From a virus (lineage: Duplodnaviria > Caudoviricetes): a stretch of DNA of 32,703 nucleotides. Below the pieces are notes generated by a model, which worked only from the letters and a program-made list of their open reading frames with translations, had not been told where the DNA came from and did no database searches. Location: IMG/VR virus record IMGVR_UViG_3300020397_001205, positions 1 through 32,703 of that record; one strand, given 5' to 3'. The position numbers and the translations under genes were made by a program. Positions 18,547 to 27,769 of this stretch are shown one piece after another (the first letter of the stretch is position 1; every line of letters begins with the position of its first letter).

Positions 18547-20028
18547 ATGGCAAAATCAGTATTAAACATAGGTTCAGCGGCAAACGACGGTACTGGTGAC
18601 ACACTGAGAGGTGGAGCAACCAAGATCAATGCAAACTCCGATGAACTTTATAATGCCTTAGGCGATGGCACAAATTTAAAAGATATCGTCAATTCAAGTT
18701 TGGAACTAGATATTCCAAATGACAATGCAAAAATAAACAAAGTAAGTTTTCATGCGTCAACACTAAACCAAATGAACGCAATTAGCCCAAGCACATATCA
18801 CGGTGCAATGCTACATGTTCATGAAGGTGGTAGTGTATATGTAGCACATGCTGGAGCATGGCACAAGATGCTTTTGGATACGAGTGGTGGAGCCATCACA
18901 AACTACACAGATCCATTAAAAAATGTTGCTTACGTAGGAAATATAAATTCACTTTCAGATGTTGACACAACTAGTACCCCGCCACAAACAGGAAATGTTT
19001 TAAAATGGGACGGTGGTAAGTGGGCACCAGGGACTGACGCAACCACAGGTGGCGCAGGAACAGATGCTGACACACTAGATGGGCAAGATGGTTCATACTA
19101 CTTAAATTATAATAATTTAAATAATAAACCAACGATACCTTCTGTATTAACAGATTTAAACATCTCAGACGGATCAGCAGGACAACTATTAAAAGCAAAT
19201 GGTAATGGTACATTTGAATTTACTTCGGTAAGCACAGGAGGTTCACAAAACTTATTTGCTACTGTAGATGGAGACACAGGAACAACTACTGCAAATTCTA
19301 CTACAGATACTTTGACAGTTGCTGGTGGAGCCAATATATCAACACAAGTTTCAGGAGACACCGTTACAATTAATTATACAGGTGATCCAAACTCAGGTGA
19401 AGAAAATCAAAATGCATTTACAAATGTCGCATCAGATTCAGGCACAGCGGTTGCAGATTCTAAAACAGATACTTTGACCATTGCAGGTGGCACAAATATT
19501 ACAACAGCAGTTGCAGGTGATACTGTTACTATTAATTACTCAGGTACTAATACATTGTCATCTTTGACTGATACTGATACATCAGGAGCAATAGCTGGTA
19601 ACGTATTAGTCTACAACGGAAGTAATTGGGTGGATCATGGACAAACTGTTGATCAAATGGCTTATCCTGCTATAACAACTTTAACTGTTACAGCAGATTC
19701 ATTTAATGGTTACAAGTTCGATCAATATGGCAACACAGAAGATCCTACAATTTATTGTTTAGCAGGGGCAACTATTGCATTTAAGTTATCAGGTATAGGC
19801 AGTCATCCATTTTTAATTCAAACAAGTGGTGGTGTGAACTATGATAACGGACTACTGCATGTTGAAACTACCGGAGCAGAGTCAACAGGTTCGTCTGCAC
19901 AGGGTAAGACAAGCGGAACTTTATATTGGAAAGTACCAGCAAACGTTTCAGGAAACTATCAGTATAGATGTTCAAGTCATGGTGCGATGCAAGGTACTAT
20001 TGTAATCAAATCTATGGCAAGTATATAA
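18547..20028 (+). CDS. Baseplate-attached fibre protein; gp9/gp10-like N-terminus and C-terminal cupredoxin-like domain
   Basis: NIGSAANDGTGDTLR..KINAN..ELY; fibre motifs LSDVDT..GNVLKWDG.KW and DADTLDG.DGSYYLNYNN; C-terminal SHPF...YRCSSHGAMQGTIVI. Confidence 0.75.
   Translation: MAKSVLNIGSAANDGTGDTLRGGATKINANSDELYNALGDGTNLKDIVNSSLELDIPNDNAKINKVSFHASTLNQMNAISPSTYHGAMLHVHEGGSVYVAHAGAWHKMLLDTSGGAITNYTDPLKNVAYVGNINSLSDVDTTSTPPQTGNVLKWDGGKWAPGTDATTGGAGTDADTLDGQDGSYYLNYNNLNNKPTIPSVLTDLNISDGSAGQLLKANGNGTFEFTSVSTGGSQNLFATVDGDTGTTTANSTTDTLTVAGGANISTQVSGDTVTINYTGDPNSGEENQNAFTNVASDSGTAVADSKTDTLTIAGGTNITTAVAGDTVTINYSGTNTLSSLTDTDTSGAIAGNVLVYNGSNWVDHGQTVDQMAYPAITTLTVTADSFNGYKFDQYGNTEDPTIYCLAGATIAFKLSGIGSHPFLIQTSGGVNYDNGLLHVETTGAESTGSSAQGKTSGTLYWKVPANVSGNYQYRCSSHGAMQGTIVIKSMASI
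19246..19545 (+). repeat. Two 46-aa internal repeats (19246-19383, 19408-19545)
   Basis: QNLFATVDGDTGTTTANSTTDTLTVAGGANISTQVSGDTVTINYTG versus QNAFTNVASDSGTAVADSKTDTLTIAGGTNITTAVAGDTVTINYSG. Confidence 0.85.
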
Positions 20029-20042
20029 GATAAGGAAATAAA

Positions 20043-20600
20043 ATGGCAGGCACAGTAATTAACGACAGGTTTCAAGCACAATTTGGATTTGAAAGTCCAA
20101 AGTATACTGTGGATACTGCTGGAAAAATTACAGCAGAAACACTAGACGTTAGAACAATTTTGCTCGCAGGTAAATCATTTGTGCAAGCCGCAGATGATGA
20201 CCAAACAGGAGATGATACTGGCACAACTGTATCAAATTCTTTTGAAAGTCTAGCTGTCAACGGTGGAGTTTTCAAAGTTAATGACACTGGAAATAACACT
20301 ATTTTATCAGTAATAAATTCAAGAATAGTAATCAATAACAAAGGAATACCTGGTACGATTGATAATGTTGATATAGGATATCATACACCTGTCCAAGTCA
20401 AAGCATACAACATCGATATGACCACTGCACCAGACAGTTCAGCAAGTAATTTGAATGTAAGTGGTTCAAATCTAAACGGAGATTTAACAGTGAACGATAA
20501 CCTAATCATGCAAAAAGATCCTACAGTGGGTACACATGCCGCTAGAAAAGGATATGTTGATTCAACAGCAACAGCACTTGCAGTGGCATTTGGAGCATAA
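20043..20600 (+). CDS. Short fibre/adaptor virion protein
   Basis: C-terminal DPT..HAARKGYVD trimeric-fibre neck motif followed by ALAVAFGA. Confidence 0.55.
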   Translation: MAGTVINDRFQAQFGFESPKYTVDTAGKITAETLDVRTILLAGKSFVQAADDDQTGDDTGTTVSNSFESLAVNGGVFKVNDTGNNTILSVINSRIVINNKGIPGTIDNVDIGYHTPVQVKAYNIDMTTAPDSSASNLNVSGSNLNGDLTVNDNLIMQKDPTVGTHAARKGYVDSTATALAVAFGA

Positions 20601-20603
20601 AGA

Positions 20604-23600
20604 ATGGCAAAGAAAAAAATAGAAAATTATACTTTTTATCCTGGCATAGGATTAAATGAAGCAGTACATCCTAATGCAAAATGGTTGCTAGAAAATAACA
20701 AAACATTTATTCAATATGAAGTATCGGCATGGATAGCAAAGCAGGTGGCAGACAACGCCACAGGTTTTGAAGGTTATACTTATGATGATGCAAAGTGCAG
20801 AAGAGATACAGGATATAACATAGATGCCTGGTTACATGATTTACAGTATGGAGGTAACCAAGAAACTACAAGAATAGCAAAAACATATTGGGAAAAAGAC
20901 GTTGCACAAATTGACGGCACTAGGATTCCGGAGATCAAAGCAAAAGAATTTACAAGAGATTTAATCATTAATCATGTGTTTACAAATTCTGCACAAGGTA
21001 CACCTTTTCAAAGCACTTATGCTCAAGTCGTAAACAACTCATATACAAGTGAGCCTGTTGCCGGCACACGAATTCAAGAATTATCAAAAATCGTTATAGA
21101 TGTAATTACAACTGGCACTAGTGCGTTACCAACATTCGTAAGAAAAGGTTTGGGACACATAAGATTCGCAGGAAATTATGATGCTAGTGACTTGTTAATT
21201 GTAACTAACTCTACAAGATCTGAAGTTATTTTTAACTTTACTGATGCTACAAAAGGCGGAAACGTTACCAGAGAAAATGATGTTACTCCTAGGGATAGCG
21301 GTGGTTATGTTGTAAAATATGATTCAACAAATTCTAATGAAAATGCAGATGATGATTTTCCAAAATATTTACAAACAACAGATGCTATTACCACAGTAGA
21401 TTTAGTTTATAACACAAGCACTCATGCACAGGATGACGAGATCCAGATATTCACAGATAATGCAGAACAGAAAATTAGACCATATGACTTTGGAACTGAT
21501 GCCATTGAACGTATGCGTATTGCACAACCTCTGTCTATGCTTGATGCTGACTTTGAATATGGCTTACAGCCTACAAAGTGGTCAGCTATAGGCATGATGA
21601 GAGGATATCCAAGTGTATACGAAATACCTGGTACTGATACACAGGTATTGACAGTTGTAACTGATGCATCTTCAGGTACAGCAGGTATAGGTTCATCATT
21701 AATTACAGTCAATACTCTTGGTGCTCATGGATTTACGGCAGGTACTCCAATCACCATAAAAGCGTTAGAAGATGCTGTAATAGGTGCCGCTAGAGCGGAA
21801 GGTTCTTTTGTAATTAATTCTGTACCGAACAACACTTCATTTACGTATTATGCAAAATCCAAAGTTGGAACTACAAACGGAGAAGTATTATCTACAACAT
21901 ATACACAACTCAGACAAGGTGGATTTTATACTGGTGCTTCAATAGGACAACCTGTTTTCCGTGTGTTTAGTAATGGTACTGCTGGAACTATGACCTTGAG
22001 CTTATCCGCTCAACAGAGTGAAAACAGAATTGCTACAACAGGTGATATACCAGAAATAGGTGCTCCAATAAATTATCCAACTGGATTCAACACTGGTACA
22101 CAAGTAACCGGTGTATCTAGCACACCAGGCGGCACGCCGTTGGCTATGAGCTTGACAGGTGATATTGCTCCTGGCAATACACAATTCACTGTTGGTTCTA
22201 CTACAAATATTGTGCAAGGTTTGGCCGCTGACAACGGTTCAGGTGATGCAATTTTTGTAAACAATATTGTTGGAAATACTGTATCTATGAGTGGACAGTT
22301 CACGACAAGTATTGCAAAAAATACTGAGACGTACACGGGTGTAAGCGGATCTATAACTGCACCTGCAGGAACTAATGCACAATTTAATATCAGTAAATCT
22401 GGTGTAAATTATGCAGTTGATGGAATCAATCAGGCTGGTTCAGGATACAAACAAGGCGATACAATTAAACTATTAGGAAGTGATTTAGGTGGCTTGACAC
22501 CTGCGAATGATGCCACTATTTTGGTTACAGCAGTAAATGGAACTGGGGGAGTAACTTCAGCAAGTATTACTGGAACTGCATTAAGTGGTAGTATCACATT
22601 CCAAAACGTAACTTCAGCTTTTAACAATGGCGCAGGTAATTGGGGCGGAACACAAGTTGATATAGCGTGGGAAAATAATGCTTACAACACAATTACGTTT
22701 AATTCACCAAACGCCACTTCAGGTTATGCAGTAAACGACATAGTAAAATTAGCAGGATCAAATGTATCTCCAGGAAGTTCATCAGATGGTTCACAAACAT
22801 ACGGCGGCGGTAATGATGTATTAGCCTATGTTGCGGCAGTAGGCGGTGGCGGATCAATTACAACACTAACTGTTGTTAATGACGCGGCAAGGGTTGGAAC
22901 ACCTCCAGCACTTACTTTAAATTATTCATTTGGACCTTCAGCATTGACATTCAGTGGGGGTTCAGGTACAGATTTTGCATTCAATATTAACAAAGTGACA
23001 GGTGCAAGTGCATCTTACAGTATACAAATTTCATCTAACGGATCGGGTTACAACACAGCAGATACGCTTGTGATAACAGGAAATAAACTTGGTGGCGCAA
23101 CAACTGCCAATGATTTATATCTAAGAGTTGTTTCAGTTGATGGCAGTGGTGGTATTACAGATGTTAGGTTAGAAGGCAGTGACGAATCAACACTTGCTGT
23201 AGCATACAATGGCTCATCTGTTAACGGTAAAACAATGACAAATGTTATAGGTTCAGGAGCAATTTTCGATGTAACAAATAATGGAACAGCATATTCTGTA
23301 GCAATAGATACTGCTGGTACGAATTATTATCAAGGACAAACATTTACTATTGCAGGCACCCAGTTAGGCGGAGCATCGCCTACAAATGATGCTACTGTGA
23401 CGATTGACAGCGTAAACACAACAGGTATAAGTGATCAAGGTATAATCGCAACAGCAAGTATTTCTGGTAGTGCTCCAACATTACCAACTAACTTTACAGG
23501 TGTGGCAGGATCAAATCTTGCACACGCAGGAGCAAGTGGTACTTTTGATATAACTAGGACTCAAGGAACATATTCGATTGCCATTAATGCAAACGGATCA

Positions 23601-26567
23601 GGTTATAAAGTAGGAAATGTTATCACAATAGTTGGCACAAATTTAGGCGGTTCATCTACAGCCAACGATGCATCTGTAACAGTAACAGGTGTTGATGGTT
23701 CGGGCGGATTAAGTTCTGCAAGTGTAACAGGTACTGGAATAGCAGGTGGCACACTTAATTTGGTTAATGGTATAACATTATCTGACTTTACAACCAGTGC
23801 AATCAACCAAGGAACCACTATACCATACGAAGCACTAGCAACTATGGAAGTAACTTTTCCAGGAGCACATGGTATTGTGCCAGGAGATACTTTTATTGTA
23901 ACTGTGAATACCGATAGCGGCAGTAATAATCACTCTTTAGCGGCAGGATCCTTCATAGCAATTACTGTTCCAACAAGTAAAACACTAAGATATAACACTA
24001 GATCTCCAGGAAATATTTCGGAATTCCTTGGAGATTCAACAGAAAATTATGTAAGAGGTCGGGTGTATATGAGACCTGATTCGTTCTTTGTACACAGACC
24101 TTATGATGGAGGTGTACAATTAGGCACAGGTGGTCCACAACACGGTGCACAGGCTATTAGACAGAGTAAAAAATATATTAGATACCAGTCAGGTAAAGGT
24201 ATCATGTATACAACTGGTGCCTTGTTTGCTCCATCTTATGATGTAAGATCAGTTACTTCAACGGGTATAGAAATAGGATCTACTCTTACAATTACAACAG
24301 ACGATAATGATCACGGTGCACAAGTAGGCGGAAGAATCAGGCTGATAGGTGTTGAAACCGCAGGATTCAATGGAGAATATATTGTCAATCAAATCATAGA
24401 TGAAAGAACATTAAAATGCTTATCTATAAGACGTCTAGGAGCAACAACAGCCGTACTAGGATTTGCCGCTCAAATGACAGTGGTAGGTTGGCATGGTGCT
24501 ACTGTACGTTCGGGAATATTTGATGATCAAAACGGAATTTATTGGGAGTATGACGGAACTAATACCAGTGTTGCACAGAGAACTTCAACAAAACAATTGG
24601 CAGGGACCGTAAATGCAGTTCCAGATTCTAATATAATTATTGGTACAAACAGTAGATTTAGAGATCAACTTAAGGCAGGAGATAGACTAGTTATCAAGGG
24701 TATGACTCATGTGGTTTCTAACGTTGATTCTCAAACACAGATTACAGTAACACCAGACTATCGTGGTGTTAATCAAGTGTATGCGGCGAAAATAAATCTA
24801 GTAACTGATAAAAAAGTCCTACAAAGTGAATGGAATCTTGACAAATTGGATGGCACTGGACCAAGTGGATACAATATGGATGTGAGATACATGCAAATGA
24901 TCGGTATCCAATACAGTTGGTATGGTGCTGGTTTTATTGATTGGATGGTAAGAGGTGCAGATGGAAATTTTGTTTTCTGCCATAGAATGAGAAACTCCAA
25001 CGTTAACACAGAAGCATTTATGAGATCAGGAAACTTACCTGTAAGATACGAGGTTACAAATGAAGGAGCAGTTGATAGATTGACTGCTGATATAGATGCA
25101 ACACAAACTTCACTTACTTTAAATGAAACCAAATTCTTTCCATCAAGCGGTACAGTTTTTGTAGATAACGAGATTATATCTTATACACAGAAAAATGATA
25201 TCACCAAAACATTAAGTGGTCTTACCAGAGGTACAGCACTTACAAACTTCCAAGCAGGCGCTACAAGACAATACACAGCAAGTCCTGCCAGTGGACATGC
25301 GGCTAGAACAGGTGTTATATTGATTAGTAACACAATAACCCCACTGATATCACATTGGGGTTCAGCGTTTATCACAGATGGTAATTTTGACGAAGATAGA
25401 GGTTACATCTTTAATTATACTGAGCCTGGTATCGAAGTTAGCACAACAAGACAGACTGCTTTCTTACTAAGATTGGCACCTAGTGTATCCAATGCTATTG
25501 TTGGAGATTTAGGAGATAGAGAACTTTTAAACAGAGCTCAATTACTAATGCAAGGATTAGAGCTGACATCAGACGGAATAGATCCAGACAATGCAAATGC
25601 ACCAATCACAGGTGGTATTGTTATTGAAGGTATTTTAAATCCACAAAACTATCCAGTAAACCCAGGAGATGTAAGTTGGCAAGGATTATCAGGATTAGCA
25701 CAAGGTGGACAACCTAGCTTTGCACAGATTGCCTCTGGAGGAGGTATTACTTGGGCAGGTGGGGCAAGTTCTTCTTATACTACTGGTGCAGTAATGCCAA
25801 CCGTTACTGCCGACGTGGCACTTATCTCTTGGGACAGATTCTCTACAGGTTACAATAACTTTTATTTTCTAAGATTCGGAGCTAATGGTTGGGAAGAAAG
25901 TAATATTAATGTAGGTGATGAAATAAATACTTCTGGCAACAACTATTTTCCAGCAGGTACCACCGTGCTGTCGGTATCAACTTTCCCAAATTTTGTAGAA
26001 GTTGTATTCTCACAAAATCCAAGCAGTGGTTCAAGTTACGGAGCTTCTCAAAGATTTGGAAAAGGTGGAGATCAAGTCAATTCAGCTCAACAATTTTTCC
26101 TCAAGTCAGTATGGGATGCCACTGGAGCAAAAGCAGGAACTCTAATTGGTGATTCAGGAGGTGCTCCAACAGACCAAAATGATATTAAAATACCAGCAGG
26201 ATCATATGTATCACAGGTACAAGGACCTTTATTATTTGGTAATCAAAGTGGATCTGGTATTGAATACTACAGAGTAATTTTTAATAATTCATTTTCAGGA
26301 ACAACTTCACCAGGTGACTTGATAAACTTTACATTCGAACAACCTGCGTATGCACAACCAGGCGAAACAGTATTTTCATTCATTGCACAACCAGGAGAAA
26401 GATCAACATTAGATCTTGGACTATTGAAAGAATTGACTAATACTACACTAGGTGGACGTGGTACTTTTCCAAATGGACCTGATGTATTAGCTGTCAATAT
26501 ATACAAGACAGAAGGTGCTACTACTACAGCAAATATTATTGTTAAGTGGGGCGAGGCTCAGGCTTAA
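20604..26567 (+). CDS. Giant virion structural (tail/baseplate-associated) protein, 1987 aa
   Basis: G/T/S/N-rich; conserved-looking blocks DADFEYGLQPTKW, RQSKKYIRYQSGKG, GIFDDQNGIYWEYDG, WNLDKLDGTGPSG, YSWYGAG, SHWGSA..DG.FDEDRGY and W.EAQA, plus inserted repeats. Confidence 0.75.
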   Translation: MAKKKIENYTFYPGIGLNEAVHPNAKWLLENNKTFIQYEVSAWIAKQVADNATGFEGYTYDDAKCRRDTGYNIDAWLHDLQYGGNQETTRIAKTYWEKDVAQIDGTRIPEIKAKEFTRDLIINHVFTNSAQGTPFQSTYAQVVNNSYTSEPVAGTRIQELSKIVIDVITTGTSALPTFVRKGLGHIRFAGNYDASDLLIVTNSTRSEVIFNFTDATKGGNVTRENDVTPRDSGGYVVKYDSTNSNENADDDFPKYLQTTDAITTVDLVYNTSTHAQDDEIQIFTDNAEQKIRPYDFGTDAIERMRIAQPLSMLDADFEYGLQPTKWSAIGMMRGYPSVYEIPGTDTQVLTVVTDASSGTAGIGSSLITVNTLGAHGFTAGTPITIKALEDAVIGAARAEGSFVINSVPNNTSFTYYAKSKVGTTNGEVLSTTYTQLRQGGFYTGASIGQPVFRVFSNGTAGTMTLSLSAQQSENRIATTGDIPEIGAPINYPTGFNTGTQVTGVSSTPGGTPLAMSLTGDIAPGNTQFTVGSTTNIVQGLAADNGSGDAIFVNNIVGNTVSMSGQFTTSIAKNTETYTGVSGSITAPAGTNAQFNISKSGVNYAVDGINQAGSGYKQGDTIKLLGSDLGGLTPANDATILVTAVNGTGGVTSASITGTALSGSITFQNVTSAFNNGAGNWGGTQVDIAWENNAYNTITFNSPNATSGYAVNDIVKLAGSNVSPGSSSDGSQTYGGGNDVLAYVAAVGGGGSITTLTVVNDAARVGTPPALTLNYSFGPSALTFSGGSGTDFAFNINKVTGASASYSIQISSNGSGYNTADTLVITGNKLGGATTANDLYLRVVSVDGSGGITDVRLEGSDESTLAVAYNGSSVNGKTMTNVIGSGAIFDVTNNGTAYSVAIDTAGTNYYQGQTFTIAGTQLGGASPTNDATVTIDSVNTTGISDQGIIATASISGSAPTLPTNFTGVAGSNLAHAGASGTFDITRTQGTYSIAINANGSGYKVGNVITIVGTNLGGSSTANDASVTVTGVDGSGGLSSASVTGTGIAGGTLNLVNGITLSDFTTSAINQGTTIPYEALATMEVTFPGAHGIVPGDTFIVTVNTDSGSNNHSLAAGSFIAITVPTSKTLRYNTRSPGNISEFLGDSTENYVRGRVYMRPDSFFVHRPYDGGVQLGTGGPQHGAQAIRQSKKYIRYQSGKGIMYTTGALFAPSYDVRSVTSTGIEIGSTLTITTDDNDHGAQVGGRIRLIGVETAGFNGEYIVNQIIDERTLKCLSIRRLGATTAVLGFAAQMTVVGWHGATVRSGIFDDQNGIYWEYDGTNTSVAQRTSTKQLAGTVNAVPDSNIIIGTNSRFRDQLKAGDRLVIKGMTHVVSNVDSQTQITVTPDYRGVNQVYAAKINLVTDKKVLQSEWNLDKLDGTGPSGYNMDVRYMQMIGIQYSWYGAGFIDWMVRGADGNFVFCHRMRNSNVNTEAFMRSGNLPVRYEVTNEGAVDRLTADIDATQTSLTLNETKFFPSSGTVFVDNEIISYTQKNDITKTLSGLTRGTALTNFQAGATRQYTASPASGHAARTGVILISNTITPLISHWGSAFITDGNFDEDRGYIFNYTEPGIEVSTTRQTAFLLRLAPSVSNAIVGDLGDRELLNRAQLLMQGLELTSDGIDPDNANAPITGGIVIEGILNPQNYPVNPGDVSWQGLSGLAQGGQPSFAQIASGGGITWAGGASSSYTTGAVMPTVTADVALISWDRFSTGYNNFYFLRFGANGWEESNINVGDEINTSGNNYFPAGTTVLSVSTFPNFVEVVFSQNPSSGSSYGASQRFGKGGDQVNSAQQFFLKSVWDATGAKAGTLIGDSGGAPTDQNDIKIPAGSYVSQVQGPLLFGNQSGSGIEYYRVIFNNSFSGTTSPGDLINFTFEQPAYAQPGETVFSFIAQPGERSTLDLGLLKELTNTTLGGRGTFPNGPDVLAVNIYKTEGATTTANIIVKWGEAQA
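22370..23740 (+). repeat. Five beta-rich protein repeats
   Basis: GSGY..GD.I.I.G..LGG...ANDA.I.V..V.G.GG consensus near 22425, 22716 (degenerate), 23028, 23304 and 23583. Confidence 0.75.
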
Positions 26568-26943
26568 TTTCCTGATTACCTTGGCTGTCGCCAGGTGCAA
26601 TACGATAATTATCTTCAACAGAATCAGCAGTACTAACTTCGGTTACGCTACTTCCTGCTTCCATACATACTAATTGATGTGGTTGTAAAGGAGGATTATG
26701 CCAAGTCATACCTTGTGTCAATTCTTGTTCGTAAATCTTAGATGTTTTTGTATCAATCCATCTAAGTAAAAATTTTCCATTATTTACAAACCAAGTTTCA
26801 TCTTTTTCTTTATGAAAATGTAAACTAAATTTTGATCCTACTTTCTCAAATACCATGATTTTGCCACAGTATTTGTCGTTGGTAGCCCAAATCAACTCAT
26901 AACCCCAACCTTTTTCTACTTTACCTTCAAGTCTTTCGGTCAT
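26542..26943 (-). CDS. Cupin-fold protein, sugar isomerase-like
   Basis: KGWGYE..YCGK..SLHFH..KDETW..PH..EVST..DNYR..GD. Start at ATG 26943 with an AAGGA RBS. Confidence 0.8.
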   Translation of the reverse strand: MTERLEGKVEKGWGYELIWATNDKYCGKIMVFEKVGSKFSLHFHKEKDETWFVNNGKFLLRWIDTKTSKIYEQELTQGMTWHNPPLQPHQLVCMEAGSSVTEVSTADSVEDNYRIAPGDSQGNQEIKPEPRPT

Positions 26944-27769
26944 TAACAATATCCTTATAGTATTCTTCTAGTGTGATCCAATGTCTAATTGGTATAGTAT
27001 TATGTAGCTTGGCATTATCCGCACAAGTAAAATCCTGATATTGATTTTTTAAATGATCGGGCATGTCAATATATTCTATTTTTGCTCCGGTTTCATTTGC
27101 AACAATCTTTGCAATACTTTCTATGTCTACTGCCTTACCAGTACCTAGGTTATACAGACCACTTACATCTTGATGCATCATTTCTTCATGTATGCGTACA
27201 AGATCATATACACAAACTATATCTCTTTTATATTTGTCACTGTTCTTAAATAGCTTGATTTTTCCATCTGTTGATGCTTGTTGTTGAAATTTGCTTACCA
27301 TACTCATTTGATCACCTTTGTGTCCTTCTCCAGGACCATACACATTGAAATATCTATAACTTTGCACCAACATGTTAAATCTATCTATTCCATTGTCAAG
27401 TAAGAATTTATCAATTAAAAATTTACTCCAAGCATAAGGTGTTTGAGGATAACAGGGATCTTCTTCGTTAAAGTCTTTATTAGGACCATACACAGAGGCA
27501 CTACTAGCTAATTGAATATTTGTTTGATAATTATCACAAATTTGTAGAAGACGCATAGTAAATTCATAATTGTGTTTCCAAACCTTGTTGATATCTCTCT
27601 CAGTAGTATCAGAAATAGCGCCACAATGCACTACCCAATCGTACTGTTCAACAGAAGGCACCACATTTTCTATCCAGTCAAATCCCTCTACTTCATGACC
27701 TTTGTGTAACAAATATTGAGACATATGGCTTCCTATAAAGCCTTTGTGTCCAGTGACTAAAATCTTCAT
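26927..27769 (-). CDS. hldD: ADP-L-glycero-D-manno-heptose-6-epimerase
   Basis: TGHKGFIGS, HCGAISDTTE, ASSASVYG, YAWSK, RYFNVYGPGEGHKG, YQDFTCAD. Confidence 0.88.
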   Translation of the reverse strand: MKILVTGHKGFIGSHMSQYLLHKGHEVEGFDWIENVVPSVEQYDWVVHCGAISDTTERDINKVWKHNYEFTMRLLQICDNYQTNIQLASSASVYGPNKDFNEEDPCYPQTPYAWSKFLIDKFLLDNGIDRFNMLVQSYRYFNVYGPGEGHKGDQMSMVSKFQQQASTDGKIKLFKNSDKYKRDIVCVYDLVRIHEEMMHQDVSGLYNLGTGKAVDIESIAKIVANETGAKIEYIDMPDHLKNQYQDFTCADNAKLHNTIPIRHWITLEEYYKDIVNDRKT

